From positions 146,322,001 through 146,386,000 of the forward strand of contig NC_058368.1 of assembly GCF_018350175.1 (NCBI RefSeq): DNA of 64,000 bases. Reading direction: 5' to 3'. The stretch's first letter is position 1; each line of letters begins with the position of its first letter. The notes under the pieces are model-generated. The model had not been told where the DNA came from, searched no databases, and saw only the letters and a program-made list of their open reading frames with translations. This document shows, piece by piece, positions 63,580 through 64,000 of this stretch. The DNA is from Felis catus. Lineage: Eukaryota. The position numbers were made by a program, and so were the translations under genes.

Positions 63580-64000
63580 ATTCATTTATTTAGCAAATAC
63601 CTTTTGAGTGCCTATTATGTACCAGGAACTATTCCATGCAGTAGAGAGCAAAACACAAAAATGTCTACTTTCATGGAGTTTATAAATTCTAGTCAGGGAA
63701 ATAGACAATAACAAGATGCATAAATTGAGTATAAACTGTTGTAGATAGTTAGAAATGCTGAAGAGAAAACTAAACCAGGGAAGGATGATAGAAAATGTCA
63801 GGATGAAAGTAGGACAAAGGTCGTGATTTTAGCCAGGGCACCAGAAAAGGCCTTGGTGAGAATGTGACAAGTTTGTCTGTGGGGTAAGCATGCCAGGCAG
63901 AAAAAATCAGGTAGTACAAAGGTCTTGATGCAGGAGTTTTTGTTAACTTTTTATTGATATATTCAAGCAATAGAATGGAGGGAGGTATGGATAAAGTAGG
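63580..64000 (-). mobile_element. L2 3' fragment running off the window end
   Basis: ttcatttatttagcaaatacctttgagtgcctattatgtaccagg...tttcatggagtttataaattctagtcagggaaatagacaataa. Confidence 0.8.

Overview
AT-rich mammalian genomic DNA from a felid (cat family), judged from young SINEC_Fc-type SINEs and a felid L1. The window lies inside the XRCC4 gene on the + strand. Bases 1-54747 are the distal part of a very large intron. Three coding exons follow (54748-54914, 61389-61541, 62630-62736), equivalent to human exons 4-6 and covering the end of the head domain, the coiled-coil/DNA ligase IV-binding region and the CK2 site YDESTDEES. The rest is intronic and rich in repeats: about 25 carnivore SINEs, one young TSD-flanked L1 3' end, old L1M, L2, MIR and CR1/L3 relics, MLT1/MLT2 LTRs and hAT MER elements. 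Most ORF-track entries are spurious. I find no new multi-gene system. The most unusual signal is a set of short inserts with L1-type target-site duplications (TSDs) but no poly(A) tail: a 5S rRNA 5' fragment, a U5 snRNA 5' fragment, a 109-bp probable L1 5'UTR piece, an LTR-like piece and an unidentified mRNA-like piece. There are also lineage-specific XRCC4 substitutions. Repeat subfamily names and human comparisons come from recalled consensus sequences, not database searches, and boundaries of old repeats are approximate.
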